A stretch of DNA of 30,394 bases from an uncultured bacterium (GCA_964650875.1 CAZYYF010000001.1:2037-32430); one strand, 5' to 3'. Counted from the first letter of the stretch, positions 1 through 10,014 are shown. The notes: a model not told the origin generated them from the letters alone. A program made the numbers and translations.

Positions 1-74
1 TAGGTTTCAGTGGTGGATTTCAGTAAACACTTGCATACTCCATCTTTTAGCTCAGTTTCCCCATAAAATTTCAT
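1..74 (-). CDS. 5' part of a gene running off the window (MKFYGETELKDGVCKCLLKSTTET...); product uncertain, possibly TsaE-like
   Basis: The ATG at 74 overlaps the ptsI stop (ATGA) and the frame stays open to the window edge. The 'KSTTET' end loosely resembles the TsaE N-terminal 'S.EET', but 24 aa is too short to identify. Confidence 0.35.
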   Translation of the reverse strand, partial: MKFYGETELKDGVCKCLLKSTTET

Positions 75-1789
75 TTAAGGTTTTTCTGTAAATATCTGCA
101 AACTTCTTCATGATTATCAAAAGACATTGCTTTTTCAGCAAGTTTTTTTAACGTTGAGTAATCTGTTCTCCGAAGTTTCTCTTTTACAGCAGGTATAGCA
201 GCAGGCGCCATACTTAACTCTTGTGCCCCCAATCCCACAAGAAAACATGCTATTTCAGGTATAGAAGCCATTTCTCCACAGATACCTGTCCATATACCAG
301 CCTTGTGGCCATTTTCTATGGTCATCTTTATGAGTTTTAAAACAGCTGGATGACAGGGCTGATATAAGTGAGCAATTTTGGCATTGCCTCTATCAACAGC
401 CAGGGTATATTGAACAAGGTCATTTGAACCTATACTAAAAAAATCTACCTCTTTTGCAAGGGTGTCTGATATCAATGCCGCAGAAGGTACTTCAATCATT
501 ATACCGATACCTATATCTGGATTAAAAGGTATTTTTTCCTTTTTCAGTGAATTTTTTACTTGAAACAATATCTGCTTTGCCTGTTGTATTTCCTCAATCG
601 TTGATACCATAGGAAACATTATTTTCAAATTCCTAGATATCGCAGCTCTTAAAATTGCCCTTATCTGAGTTTCAAAAATATCTTTTCTCTCCAAGCAGAA
701 TCTTATACCTCTCCATCCGAGAAAAGGGTTTATTTCTCTTGAATATGAGGGTTCCGAAAGAAACTTGTCTCCCCCTATATCTAATGTTCTGATTATTATG
801 ATGGAATTTTTAGGTGTCTTATCACAAACCTTTTTATACGCGAGAAACTGTTCTTCTTCAGAAGGCAGGTCTTTTCTGTTGAGGTAAAGATATTCTGTTC
901 TATAAAGGCCTATTCCCTCTGCGCCATATTTTTCTGCTCTCTCAATTTCTTCGGGAAGCGCTATGTTTGCCTGGATCTTTATTTTTTTGCCATCTTTTGT
1001 TTCTCCCTGAAGATTCTTTATCTGCGACAGTTGTCTTATTTTTGACAAAAATTCTTTTTTCTTTTTCGTGTATTTTCTTACCAGATCAGGAGAAGGATCC
1101 TGAATAATGAGCCCTTCATCAGCATCTATAATAAGCAAATCATCGTTTTTCAATATTTCAGTTACATTTTCATCTGCAACAAGCGCAGGGATTTCAAGGG
1201 CTTTCGCAAGAATTGCTGTATGTGAAGTGATACTCCCCACCTCTGTAATAAATCCTATTATATGCTTTTTATCAAGAGCAACCGTCTGGCTGGGCGATAA
1301 GTCTCTGGCAACTATTATTTCATCCGCAAATGTTTTTATTTTTCTATCTGAAGGTTCCTCAAGTGTTATTATTATTTTTTCAACAATATCTACCAGATCT
1401 CTTTGCCTGCCTTTTATTAAATCACTGGGAGATTTTTTAAATTCTACAACTAAACTTTCTAGAACTTTTCTCAAAGCCGTTTCCACATTAACTCTTTCAT
1501 CTGTAATAACCTTTTTTATTTTTTCTATGAAAAATCTGTCGTTAAGCAAGGAAAGGTGAAACGAAAAAATATCAGCATATTGTTGTCCTGCTCTTTTTTC
1601 AATGTCCCTTTTTAAATCAATAATTTCATTTTCAGTTTTTTTCAGTGCATCTATAAATCTTGTAATTTCATCATCTATCTTATGCTTGGATATCGTGTAT
1701 TCAGGAACATTTAACAAATAATTTTTCCATATCCATGCTTTACCTATAGCAATCCCCGGTGATAAACCTACTCCTCTTATTTTTTTCAT
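71..1789 (-). CDS. ptsI: Phosphoenolpyruvate-protein phosphotransferase (PTS enzyme I), no GAF domain
   Basis: 572 aa with the phospho-His motif GSITSHTAILAKAL, plus GIGLYRTE, RTLDIGGDK, NPFLGWRGIR, MIEVP, SIGSNDL and GICGEMA. Confidence 0.97.
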   Translation of the reverse strand: MKKIRGVGLSPGIAIGKAWIWKNYLLNVPEYTISKHKIDDEITRFIDALKKTENEIIDLKRDIEKRAGQQYADIFSFHLSLLNDRFFIEKIKKVITDERVNVETALRKVLESLVVEFKKSPSDLIKGRQRDLVDIVEKIIITLEEPSDRKIKTFADEIIVARDLSPSQTVALDKKHIIGFITEVGSITSHTAILAKALEIPALVADENVTEILKNDDLLIIDADEGLIIQDPSPDLVRKYTKKKKEFLSKIRQLSQIKNLQGETKDGKKIKIQANIALPEEIERAEKYGAEGIGLYRTEYLYLNRKDLPSEEEQFLAYKKVCDKTPKNSIIIIRTLDIGGDKFLSEPSYSREINPFLGWRGIRFCLERKDIFETQIRAILRAAISRNLKIMFPMVSTIEEIQQAKQILFQVKNSLKKEKIPFNPDIGIGIMIEVPSAALISDTLAKEVDFFSIGSNDLVQYTLAVDRGNAKIAHLYQPCHPAVLKLIKMTIENGHKAGIWTGICGEMASIPEIACFLVGLGAQELSMAPAAIPAVKEKLRRTDYSTLKKLAEKAMSFDNHEEVCRYLQKNLK

Positions 1790-1802
1790 GTTAAGGTGAA
1801 TT

Positions 1803-2276
1803 TTAGGCAGATGTATTGGGTTTTTCGTCGTCTTCTTTTATTATCTGAAGGACCTCAGAAGGTGTTTTTGCATTGCGCAAGGCATTTCTGAAAGTTCTAT
1901 TTTTAAGAAGCCTTGCGATTTTTGCTAAAGCTTTTAAATGAAGTCCTATTGATTTAGTTGGAGCAATAATTAAAAATATGATATTTACAGGTTCTCCATC
2001 AAGTGAATCAAATGCAATACCACTGTTGGAAATTCCCACAGCGCCTACAAGATTTTCTATCTGATCGGTTTTTGTGTGAGGGACAGCTATCCCCTGCCCT
2101 ATTCCAGTAGAACCCAGTTTTTCCCTTTCTAGAATGGCTTCAAGTATTTCATTGCTATCTTTGATATAATTGTTGGTTTCCAAAAGTTTTAGAAGTTCGG
2201 ACAGTGCTCCTTTTTTTTCTCTACTTTTCATATTAATCACGATACAGTCTTCTTTTAAAAAATCTGTTATCATCAT
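1803..2276 (-). CDS. ptsN: PTS EIIA component, Ntr/fructose type
   Basis: EREKLGSTGIGQGIAVPH phospho-His motif, FDSLDGEPV and HLKALAKIARLL. AAGGAG RBS. Lies downstream of hpf. Confidence 0.92.
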   Translation of the reverse strand: MMITDFLKEDCIVINMKSREKKGALSELLKLLETNNYIKDSNEILEAILEREKLGSTGIGQGIAVPHTKTDQIENLVGAVGISNSGIAFDSLDGEPVNIIFLIIAPTKSIGLHLKALAKIARLLKNRTFRNALRNAKTPSEVLQIIKEDDEKPNTSA

Positions 2277-2321
2277 TTTGCCGCTCCTTTTTCTGTTATT
2301 TTTCTATTTAAGATGTTGGCT

Positions 2322-2615
2322 TTAATTGTATGTTTTTTTTGTGGTTTTATCGTGAAGTTTTCTTAACTGTCTCTTGGTCTTATCATAAAGAATTTCTATG
2401 CTTTTATTTAAATCATCTGCTTTTTTCTTTATAAATATAGTGGAATTTTTGACCATTACCTTGATTTCCGTCAGAAATAAATGCCCCTCTTTTTTTATGT
2501 ATATTTCAGCCTGACATTTATCGAAAACAAACTTGTCCAACCGGCTGAATTTATCTTCTATATATTCTTTAAACCTGCTATCAATTTCAATATTAGAGTA
2601 AATCTTTATATCCAT
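2322..2615 (-). CDS. raiA: Ribosome-associated translation inhibitor / short hibernation factor (RaiA/HPF)
   Basis: 97 aa with the pattern 'YIEDKFSRLDKF...DLNKSIEILYDKTKRQLRKLHDK'. AGGAG RBS. Canonical position next to ptsN. Confidence 0.8.
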   Translation of the reverse strand: MDIKIYSNIEIDSRFKEYIEDKFSRLDKFVFDKCQAEIYIKKEGHLFLTEIKVMVKNSTIFIKKKADDLNKSIEILYDKTKRQLRKLHDKTTKKTYN

Positions 2616-2628
2616 TTTTCGCTCCTGT

Positions 2629-3624
2629 TTATATGTTTTTTACATTCTCAAGAGTTTCCAATTGCAGGTCTTCAAAATAATAATGGAGTATTTCTCTGTA
2701 ATTTTTACCTTTTTGAGCCATTTGCCGTGCACCCCACTGGCACATTCCTACTCCATGTCCGTATCCTTTACCTATGAAGATTACATTGTTGCCTTCCTGA
2801 TGTATTTCGAAATTTGTTCCTGGTATTATGAATGGCTCGGTAAAAGCAATTTTGGACGCCTGGCTGTTAATTTGCATTCTGAATTTATGAGATGTTATGT
2901 AGGTTACATTACCATTTTTAGAAACAAGTTTCAAGTTTTTTACCCTGCCGCTTTTATGCCTTTCTGAAACAGTTATTTCATTGATATCAGGAATATTCAT
3001 CAATCTTGAAATTTGAGACTTTGTAAATATTTTCCTCCATTTGTAGTAAGGCGTATCTGCACAGTATGGATCATCAACAGATTTTAGGTAAGGATATACA
3101 CCACCCCATACTTCATCAGAGACAGCTGTTTTACCTCCACAGTTAGCATGAAAAAAAACCTGGACAATTGCTCCATTATAGGTTAAAATCTCACCCTTTG
3201 TGCTATATACTGCGTTTTCTATTTTTGTGGAGTTTGTCGTTCCGTATACCTGGTGGTAGATGGAATTTTCTATATCGTATGGAAGATTTTTACTCTTGTT
3301 TTCGTTTATTTTCCATATTGCCAAAGTACGCGAAACAACTGCCTGTGCCTTTAATGCTTCAACAGGCCATAGAGCATCCATTTCTTTTGCTAGTACACCT
3401 ACCAGGTACGACTCTATATCTAACTTATTGACAACTATGAATTCTTCTCCGCATCTTTCTATACTAAATTCCCCTTCGTATTTATTTCGAAACAAAGGAA
3501 GGTTTTCATGAGGATTACATCCTTTCCATAAACAAACCTTTATTTCCTGGGAAAAACAAGATGCCCCTGTAAAACAAAGTAAAAGTGTTAAAATTTTAGT
3601 CAGCAGGGATCTGGACATTGACAC
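2629..3624 (-). CDS. SpoIID/LytB-domain peptidoglycan lytic transglycosylase with N-terminal signal peptide
   Basis: YLVGVLAKEM..WPVEALKAQAVVSRT, HQVYG, FFHANCGG and GYGHGVGMCQWGA. Hydrophobic N-terminus. Confidence 0.9.
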   Translation of the reverse strand: MSMSRSLLTKILTLLLCFTGASCFSQEIKVCLWKGCNPHENLPLFRNKYEGEFSIERCGEEFIVVNKLDIESYLVGVLAKEMDALWPVEALKAQAVVSRTLAIWKINENKSKNLPYDIENSIYHQVYGTTNSTKIENAVYSTKGEILTYNGAIVQVFFHANCGGKTAVSDEVWGGVYPYLKSVDDPYCADTPYYKWRKIFTKSQISRLMNIPDINEITVSERHKSGRVKNLKLVSKNGNVTYITSHKFRMQINSQASKIAFTEPFIIPGTNFEIHQEGNNVIFIGKGYGHGVGMCQWGARQMAQKGKNYREILHYYFEDLQLETLENVKNI

Positions 3625-4150
3625 TTCCTTCTATTTTTAATGTGTTATCATCGAAATTGTAATAAATAATGTCTCCTGAAAATTTATTGCTACCGCTTTC
3701 TAAAAAAGGAGACCCTTCCATTATCAGCATTCTGTCAGCTTCAAGATAGGTGAGTTTTTTACAGGTCCCTTGCATCGTTATCTTTCCCGTGCTGCTTTCT
3801 TTGTACAATATTTTTACGTTACCTGTAAAAACAATTTTGTTTATTTTCCTTGTTTCAGGAACGAAATCAAATTCTCCCTTACCTTCTTTGCCTGTGGTTA
3901 TCTCTATATTTTCGGTGGCTGTTTTCAAAGATAAAGAAGGTTTTTTCACAGATGTATTATTTTTCTCTGATATCTCGGCTGATTCACCTGTAAGGGTAAA
4001 ACTCATTTTTTCCGCAAACTGCCTGAAAGTAAATTCCTTGATGTTTGTCTGGTCAGTTTTTCCCTGTGGGTTTTCTTTTTTAGAGGAACATCCATAGGTA
4101 ATGAACATCACAAACAGGATGCAAAAAACTTTTTTAAGGCGTCTTCCCAT
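3596..4150 (-). CDS. LptA/LptC (OstA beta-jellyroll) family LPS transport protein, probable lipoprotein
   Basis: Signal peptide ending ITYG-C. The C-terminal 'KKLTYLEADRMLIMEGSPFLESGSNKFSGDIIYYNFDDNTLKIEG' is OstA/LptA-like. Sits directly after kdsC, the usual lptC/lptA position. Confidence 0.7.
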   Translation of the reverse strand: MGRRLKKVFCILFVMFITYGCSSKKENPQGKTDQTNIKEFTFRQFAEKMSFTLTGESAEISEKNNTSVKKPSLSLKTATENIEITTGKEGKGEFDFVPETRKINKIVFTGNVKILYKESSTGKITMQGTCKKLTYLEADRMLIMEGSPFLESGSNKFSGDIIYYNFDDNTLKIEGSVNVQIPAD

Positions 4151-4629
4151 TTTTTATATTCCTTTAAAATTACTTCAACAGCTTCCCTGAAAGCCCCCTC
4201 TCCTCCTTTTTTTGAACAGATATAATCAGCTTTTTGCCGTATCTGCTCAGCAGCGTCTGCAGGAGCTATAGCAATACCTGCTTTTTCCATAACAACCATA
4301 TCCTGAAAATCATCTCCCATATAGCATATTTCTTCCCAGGAAGAACTATTGGCAGAAATGAATTTTTCTATCACCTTGGTTTTATTTTCTATGCCTTCAA
4401 AGTAGAAGTCTACGTCTAATTCTTTAAATCTTTTTTTAGTAGACTCAGATTTTTTCCCGCTTATGAGAACACTTTTTATCCCACTATTTTTTAAAAGATT
4501 GAAAGCCATGCCATCTTTTATATTAAAAAACCTGCACAGTTTGCCATTTATGTAAAAAATCCGCCCGTCGGTCAGGACTCCATCTATATCTGATACAAAA
4601 AATCTGATGTTTTTTACTTTTTTTCTCAT
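4108..4629 (-). CDS. kdsC: KDO 8-phosphate phosphatase (HAD)
   Basis: DIDGVLTDG, FNIKDG, YMGDD and KGGEGAFRE. Confidence 0.93.
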   Translation of the reverse strand: MRKKVKNIRFFVSDIDGVLTDGRIFYINGKLCRFFNIKDGMAFNLLKNSGIKSVLISGKKSESTKKRFKELDVDFYFEGIENKTKVIEKFISANSSSWEEICYMGDDFQDMVVMEKAGIAIAPADAAEQIRQKADYICSKKGGEGAFREAVEVILKEYKKWEDALKKFFASCL

Positions 4630-4644
4630 TTTGCATCTTTAGAT

Positions 4645-5640
4645 TTAATATTCAACCTTAAAATCTTTTTTACCAAGAAGGTCATGTAGATGAACAATGC
4701 CTTTGGGCGTTTTATCCTTATTCAGTATCACAAGACATGTTATTTCCATCTTTTCCATTATTTCCAGGGCTCTTATCGCAAGACTTTCTTCATCTATCGT
4801 TTGGGGATTAGTGGTCATACATTCATATGTATATGTATCGGATATATCTGTGGTTTTATTCAAATATCTTCTTATATCTCCATCTGTTAGAATACCCTTA
4901 ACTTTTCTGTTTTCGTCTACTATAAGAGTCAAACCAAGGTTTTTCTTGTTTATTTCTTTCACTGCATCTTTTAGCTTTGATTTTAAGTTTACAAGAGGTA
5001 TTTTCGTGCCTGTCTGCATGACATCTTTTACCTTGAGCATCAACCTTCTGCCAAGATTGCCTCCAGGATGAAAAAATGCAAAATCTTCTTTTTGAACACC
5101 TTTTATTGCCATAAGCGTAAGTGATAGAGCATCTCCTAACACAAGAGCACAGGTTGTACTGGAAGAAGGAATAATTCCAAAACTATCGGCTTCCTGTATT
5201 TCTCCGGTGGCTATTGTTATATCACTCTGGATTCCTATACAAGAAAGAGGAGAACATGTAAATGATATGATCCGTGCACCTATTTTTTTTATTGAAGGCA
5301 GTATTCTGATAATTTCTTCGGTCTGTCCACTATTAGATATAACAATGACGATATCATTTCTCGCTACCATCCCTAGGTCCCCGTGAACTGCTTCTCCAGG
5401 ATGCATGAAAATAGAAGGTGTTCCTGTGCTTGCAAGGGTAGCCGCTATCTTTCTTCCAATAATACCACTTTTACCTATACCTGTTACTATCACCTTGCCT
5501 TTACACAGATATAGCAGTTCTACAGCGTCTGCAAAACTTTCTCCAAGTTTTTCCCTCAAATACTGGAGATTTACACATTCAATCTCGATGACTTTTTGTC
5601 CATAAGACAACAATTTGTCTTTCTTATGTTTTGGCAGCAT
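4645..5640 (-). CDS. kdsD: Arabinose 5-phosphate isomerase (SIS + 2 CBS domains)
   Basis: TGIGKSGIIGRKIAATLASTGTP, HPGEAVHGDLG and FHPGGNLG, followed by a CBS pair. Confidence 0.95.
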   Translation of the reverse strand: MLPKHKKDKLLSYGQKVIEIECVNLQYLREKLGESFADAVELLYLCKGKVIVTGIGKSGIIGRKIAATLASTGTPSIFMHPGEAVHGDLGMVARNDIVIVISNSGQTEEIIRILPSIKKIGARIISFTCSPLSCIGIQSDITIATGEIQEADSFGIIPSSSTTCALVLGDALSLTLMAIKGVQKEDFAFFHPGGNLGRRLMLKVKDVMQTGTKIPLVNLKSKLKDAVKEINKKNLGLTLIVDENRKVKGILTDGDIRRYLNKTTDISDTYTYECMTTNPQTIDEESLAIRALEIMEKMEITCLVILNKDKTPKGIVHLHDLLGKKDFKVEY

Positions 5641-6442
5641 AGTATATCTCTTTAAGTTGCTTTAAGATTTCTTGAATCTCATTTAATTTTAGCATATTAG
5701 GTCCGTCAGATAAAGCATGTTCTGGGTCAGGATGAACTTCCATAAACAAACCGTCACATCCAACTGCAATAGCTGCTTTTGCCAGGTAAGGAACATATTC
5801 TTTATTTCCGCCCGAACAACCTCCAAGTTTACCTGGCTCCTGAACACTATGGGTAGCGTCGTAAAATACAGGGTATCCAAAATTTCTCATTATAGGTAGA
5901 GAACGGAAATCTGTAACAAGCGTATTATATCCAAAAGTTGTGCCTCTTTCAGTGATAAATACATCTTTATTCCCCGTAGAAATGACTTTTTCTATGATGT
6001 TTTTGACATCCCAGGGCGAGAGAAACTGACCTTTTTTTATATTTAGAGGTTTGCCTGTAGCTCCACTTTTTACAAGAAGGTCTGTCTGCCTGCATAAAAA
6101 TGCCGGTATTTGAATCGCATCTACTATTTTACTAACAATATCTACCTGGTTTACACAATGTACATCTGTAATTACAGGTAGACAAAATTTTTCTTTTACC
6201 TTGGACAATAATTCAAGTCCTTTGTTAATTCCAGGACCTCTGTATGAGTGAATTGATGTTCTATTGGCTTTGTCAAATGACGATTTAAATATAAAAGGAA
6301 TATTTTCTTCAAGACAGACTTTTTTCAAAAACTCAGCACTTTTAAAAAGGACATCCTCATTTTCTATTACACAGGGGCCTGCTATAAGGCAAAACATTTC
6401 ACTGCCAATTTCTATTGTGCCAACTTTTATTTTTCTTACCAT
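5624..6442 (-). CDS. kdsA: KDO 8-phosphate synthase
   Basis: IAGPCVIE, KSSFDKANRTS, QIPAFLCRQTDL, NIKKGQFL, DATHSVQ, EVHPDP and ALSDG. The start was moved to the ATG at 6442 (MVRKIKVG), which avoids overlap with the HIT gene. Confidence 0.96.
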   Translation of the reverse strand: MVRKIKVGTIEIGSEMFCLIAGPCVIENEDVLFKSAEFLKKVCLEENIPFIFKSSFDKANRTSIHSYRGPGINKGLELLSKVKEKFCLPVITDVHCVNQVDIVSKIVDAIQIPAFLCRQTDLLVKSGATGKPLNIKKGQFLSPWDVKNIIEKVISTGNKDVFITERGTTFGYNTLVTDFRSLPIMRNFGYPVFYDATHSVQEPGKLGGCSGGNKEYVPYLAKAAIAVGCDGLFMEVHPDPEHALSDGPNMLKLNEIQEILKQLKEIYYAAKT

Positions 6443-6462
6443 GTTGTATAATGTGCTTTTTA

Positions 6463-6801
6463 TTAACCTGGAGGCCAACTCATTGGTCTTCCACCCAAAA
6501 GATGTACGTGCAGATGTTCAACTGACTGTCCTGCATTTTTGTTTGTGTTTATTACAACCCTGTAACCCGACTGTTCAATCTGTTGTTGTCTGGCTATTTC
6601 AGACGTAAGACAGAGTAAAGAACCTAACATCACTTTATCTTTAGTTTCCGAAAGACTGGATATGTGTTTCTTAGGAATTATAAGTATATGGACAGGAGAT
6701 TGTGGGTTTATATCTCTAAAGGCAAGGAAATCTCCATCCTCATAAACTTTATTGCAAGATATTTCACCAGAAACCATTTTACAGAAAATACAATTTTTCA
6801 T
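6463..6801 (-). CDS. hinT: Histidine triad nucleotide-binding protein (HinT/PKCI-like)
   Basis: CIFCK, DINPQSPVHILIIPKKH, AGQSVEHLHVHLLGGR and C-terminal WPPG. Confidence 0.9.
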   Translation of the reverse strand: MKNCIFCKMVSGEISCNKVYEDGDFLAFRDINPQSPVHILIIPKKHISSLSETKDKVMLGSLLCLTSEIARQQQIEQSGYRVVINTNKNAGQSVEHLHVHLLGGRPMSWPPG

Positions 6802-6821
6802 TTTTTTCCATCTGCGGAAAA

Positions 6822-8786
6822 CTAAAGTTTTTTTGTAACCTTGACGTTCATATAAGACTGGATGATATCACCCTCTTCCAAATTATTGAAATGAGCAATG
6901 CCTATTCCACATTCTGTGTTTAATTTTACCTCCCGTACATTTTCCTTAAATCTTTTTAAGCTCGTTATGCTACCTTGATAAATAATTGCACCGTTTCTTA
7001 TGATCCTACAGGAGGAATTCCGTATTATCTTGCCTTCTGTAACTATGCATCCTGCTACTGTTGAATTATCCGAAAGCCTGAATACCTGTTTTACCATTGC
7101 CTGTCCTAAGAGAACTTCTTTTTCTTCTGGAACCAGCATGCCTTCCACAGCATTTTTAATGTCTTCTGCCAGGTCGTAAATGATTTTATACATACGGACC
7201 TCGACTTTTTCTGAACGGGCTATCTCTTCTACATTCTTTGTAAGAGGCACGTTAAATCCTATAACAATGGCATTTGCAGCAGACGCGAGAAGAATATCTG
7301 ATTCAGATATAGGGCCGGCTTCCGAATGGAGAATAGAAATTTTTACTTCGGTAGAAGGGATTTTTTCTATAACATTTTTTATAGCTTCTATAGAACCTAC
7401 ATAATCAGTTTTTATTATCAGTTTTATTTCCTTTACACTACCCTTTTGAATTTCTGCATAAAGGTCTTCTAATGTAATATTTTTTATTCCGGATGTTTTA
7501 CTCGCAGTCATTGATTGTATATCTTCAACCTTTTTTCGCGCTGTTTTTTCTGAATCAACAACATAAAACTTATCTCCTGGCCTTGTAATATTTTGTGCAC
7601 CGAGTATCTCTACGGGTGTTGAAGAACCCGCAGTAGACAATTTATTGTTCCAGTCATCTATCATAGCCCTTACCTTACCGTATGTTTTTCCTACGATAAA
7701 TGGGTCTCCTATTTTTAACTCGCCTTTTTGTATAAGCACTGTTGTGGTAGGGCCTTTTGCTTTATCCATGTAAGATTCTATCACGGTGCCTTCTGCTGGT
7801 CCCACACAGGAAGCTTTCAATTCCAGCATCTCTCCCATAAGAAGTATCATATCAAGTAGTTCTTTTATGCCTTGCCCAGTAATAGCAGAAACATTGACAA
7901 CTACAGTGTTTCCACCCCATTCTTCGGGGACAAGACCGTGTTCAGCAATCTGTTTTTTTACCCTGTCAATATTGATATTTGGTTTATCTATTTTATTTAA
8001 CGCTACTATAATCGGAACATCCGCAGATTTGGCGTGATTTATAGCCTCTATCGTCTGGGGTTTTACTCCATCATCAGCAGCTACTACCAGAACCACTATG
8101 TCTGTAATCATAGCTCCTCTTGCTCTCATTGCCGTAAAAGCCTCATGCCCTGGTGTATCAAGAAAAACAATAGAACCTTCCGGACGTTTAACCTTGTAGG
8201 CACCTATTTTCTGAGTAATCTGTCCAAATTCTTTTTCAGCTATGGCACTTTTTCTAACTGCATCAAGTATTGTTGTTTTTCCGTGGTCAACATGGCCCAT
8301 AAGGGTTACAACCGGAGCCCTCGGAACAAGATGCTCTTCTTTTACCTTTTCTTCAGCCCTGACAGGAATTTCGGGTTTTATTATTTCAGCTGTATATCCA
8401 AAGAATTTACAGATATTCTTTATGGTCTCTTTACCGGGAGATTGATTGATATTAGTTACCAGTCCCAGTGATAAAAGATATTTAAGTATATCTGAAGAAT
8501 CAACATTGAGTTTTTCAGCAAGAATTTTAATGTTTTCCGTACCTTCCAGCCTAATTTTTTTCTCTTCTGCTTTTTTTTTAACCAGTTTTTTCTCGGTCAA
8601 GGTTTTTTGACGACTAACCGCTTGGGAAGGTTTTGCTTCTTTTCTGAAAAATGTCTCTACAATTTCTGCTTCCTCTTCGGATAAACCGCTTACACTTTTT
8701 TTATTCTTTATCCCTGCTTGTTTAAGAATATCCAGAATCTCTTTGGCTTCTTTCTTATACTTTTTCGCTATCTGATATACTCTCAT
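6822..8786 (-). CDS. infB: Translation initiation factor IF-2 (654 aa)
   Basis: [33 protein letters not shown] and NKID. The likely start is the ATG at 8786 ([10 protein letters not shown]2_N domain), preceded by AAGGGAG. Confidence 0.97.
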   Translation of the reverse strand: MRVYQIAKKYKKEAKEILDILKQAGIKNKKSVSGLSEEEAEIVETFFRKEAKPSQAVSRQKTLTEKKLVKKKAEEKKIRLEGTENIKILAEKLNVDSSDILKYLLSLGLVTNINQSPGKETIKNICKFFGYTAEIIKPEIPVRAEEKVKEEHLVPRAPVVTLMGHVDHGKTTILDAVRKSAIAEKEFGQITQKIGAYKVKRPEGSIVFLDTPGHEAFTAMRARGAMITDIVVLVVAADDGVKPQTIEAINHAKSADVPIIVALNKIDKPNINIDRVKKQIAEHGLVPEEWGGNTVVVNVSAITGQGIKELLDMILLMGEMLELKASCVGPAEGTVIESYMDKAKGPTTTVLIQKGELKIGDPFIVGKTYGKVRAMIDDWNNKLSTAGSSTPVEILGAQNITRPGDKFYVVDSEKTARKKVEDIQSMTASKTSGIKNITLEDLYAEIQKGSVKEIKLIIKTDYVGSIEAIKNVIEKIPSTEVKISILHSEAGPISESDILLASAANAIVIGFNVPLTKNVEEIARSEKVEVRMYKIIYDLAEDIKNAVEGMLVPEEKEVLLGQAMVKQVFRLSDNSTVAGCIVTEGKIIRNSSCRIIRNGAIIYQGSITSLKRFKENVREVKLNTECGIGIAHFNNLEEGDIIQSYMNVKVTKKL

Positions 8787-9942
8787 TTTCTCCCTTATAG
8801 TGATTCTCCATATGCTGTTTTGCCTTTTGTTTAATTTCATAGGCTGTTTTTTCATCAATAGAAGATATCTTTTTCAACTGTTCAATGTCTGCTTCCGCCA
8901 GAGACTTTATTGAACTAAAACCGTATTTTGCCAGTTCGTCTGCCATTTGTTGGTCAAGGCCTTTTATCACCATGGTAGCAGGACGTTTTTCTGCTTCAAA
9001 TGTACTTTCTCTAAAAACTCTTATATCCCAACCTGTAAGTTTTGATGCCAGACGCACATTTTGTCCCTTTTTTCCTAGGGCAAGAAAGATCTGGCTGTCT
9101 TCTACTACAACAGAGGCTATTTTTTTCTGTTCTTGAAGTATGATTTTTTTGCATGTCGCAGGACTCATAGCATTTGCGATATATTTTTCGGGATTTTCAT
9201 CCCACAAAATGATTTCTATCTTTTCTCCATTGAGTTCTTTTGTTATATTCTTAATTCTTATTGCTTTGTCTCCTATACAGGTTCCCAAAGGATCTATATT
9301 TTTTTCGTTTGTGACAACTGCGATTTTTGTGAGATCTCCTGGAAATCTTGCTCTTTCCTTAATTGATACGAGCCCATCCCGTATTTCTGGAACCTCAAGT
9401 TCTATAAGTTTCTCCACAAAATATGGGTGTGTTCTTGAAACAATCAGCTGGTAAAATCCTTTGTTTGGTTTTCTCACCTCAAGCAGGTAAGCTTTTAGAT
9501 AGTCTCCTCTTCTAAAACAGTCATTGTATAACCTATGATGGTAAGGTAGCAAGGCTTCTGTCTTGTTGATAGAAATAACAATATTGTTATCTTCAAATCT
9601 CTCAACTTTACCGCTTACAATAGTTCCTTCTATCTTTTTAAACTCTTGGTATATAGTGTTTTTTTCAGCTTCTCTCAGCTTCTGAATAATGACCTGCCTT
9701 GCTGTTTGTGCAGCAATTCTTTGCCATTGAAAAGGAGGAGGAGGTATCTGTTGTCCTTTTTCGTTGATAAAAAGCACTTGTCCTGATTCAGGGTCTATCT
9801 TTATACTTATACCACTTTCTAATCCTGCCTTTTTCCTATAGACAGTAAGAAGTCCATTTTCAAGGGCGCTTATGAGAAAAACTCTATCAATTCCCTTTTC
9901 TTTTTCCCAGTAATTCAGCAGTGCTAACAATTCACTTTTCAT
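8755..9942 (-). CDS. nusA: Transcription termination/antitermination factor NusA
   Basis: RIAAQTARQVIIQKLREAE, S1 domain, VSRTHP, KH domains (ALGKKGQNVRLASKLTGWDI) and C-terminal HhH. AGGAGG RBS. Confidence 0.96.
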   Translation of the reverse strand: MKSELLALLNYWEKEKGIDRVFLISALENGLLTVYRKKAGLESGISIKIDPESGQVLFINEKGQQIPPPPFQWQRIAAQTARQVIIQKLREAEKNTIYQEFKKIEGTIVSGKVERFEDNNIVISINKTEALLPYHHRLYNDCFRRGDYLKAYLLEVRKPNKGFYQLIVSRTHPYFVEKLIELEVPEIRDGLVSIKERARFPGDLTKIAVVTNEKNIDPLGTCIGDKAIRIKNITKELNGEKIEIILWDENPEKYIANAMSPATCKKIILQEQKKIASVVVEDSQIFLALGKKGQNVRLASKLTGWDIRVFRESTFEAEKRPATMVIKGLDQQMADELAKYGFSSIKSLAEADIEQLKKISSIDEKTAYEIKQKAKQHMENHYKGENESISDSEKV

Positions 9943-9985
9943 CTAATAGTGCCTCCTTATGTCTTTTTGGAAATTTCTTTTAACT

Positions 9986-10014
9986 ATTTTATTAGATTTG
10001 CTATATAATGTCAA
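9986..10014 (-). promoter_or_regulatory. sigma70-type promoter for the nusA-infB-kds-pts run
   Basis: On the minus strand: TTGACA (10014-10009), 17 nt, then TAAAAT (9991-9986), about 44 nt upstream of the nusA ATG. Confidence 0.75.

Noticed and set aside
74-111. Alternative ATG at 111 on the minus strand (MKKFADIYRK...) for the gene after ptsI
   Set aside because: The frame stops after 19 codons; the ATGA-coupled start at 74 is the open one.
1107-1559. 150-aa plus-strand ORF inside ptsI, representative of the many 60-160 aa antisense or alternate-frame ORFs in the track
   Set aside because: All lie within confidently identified genes and have no RBS or recognisable domain.
8787-8858. 24-aa N-terminal extension of IF-2 in the ORF track (similar extensions for purF, hisF, kdsA, lpxK, EndoQ-like)
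   Set aside because: Longest-ORF artefacts. The downstream starts match family N-termini, reduce overlaps, and in several cases have a clear RBS.
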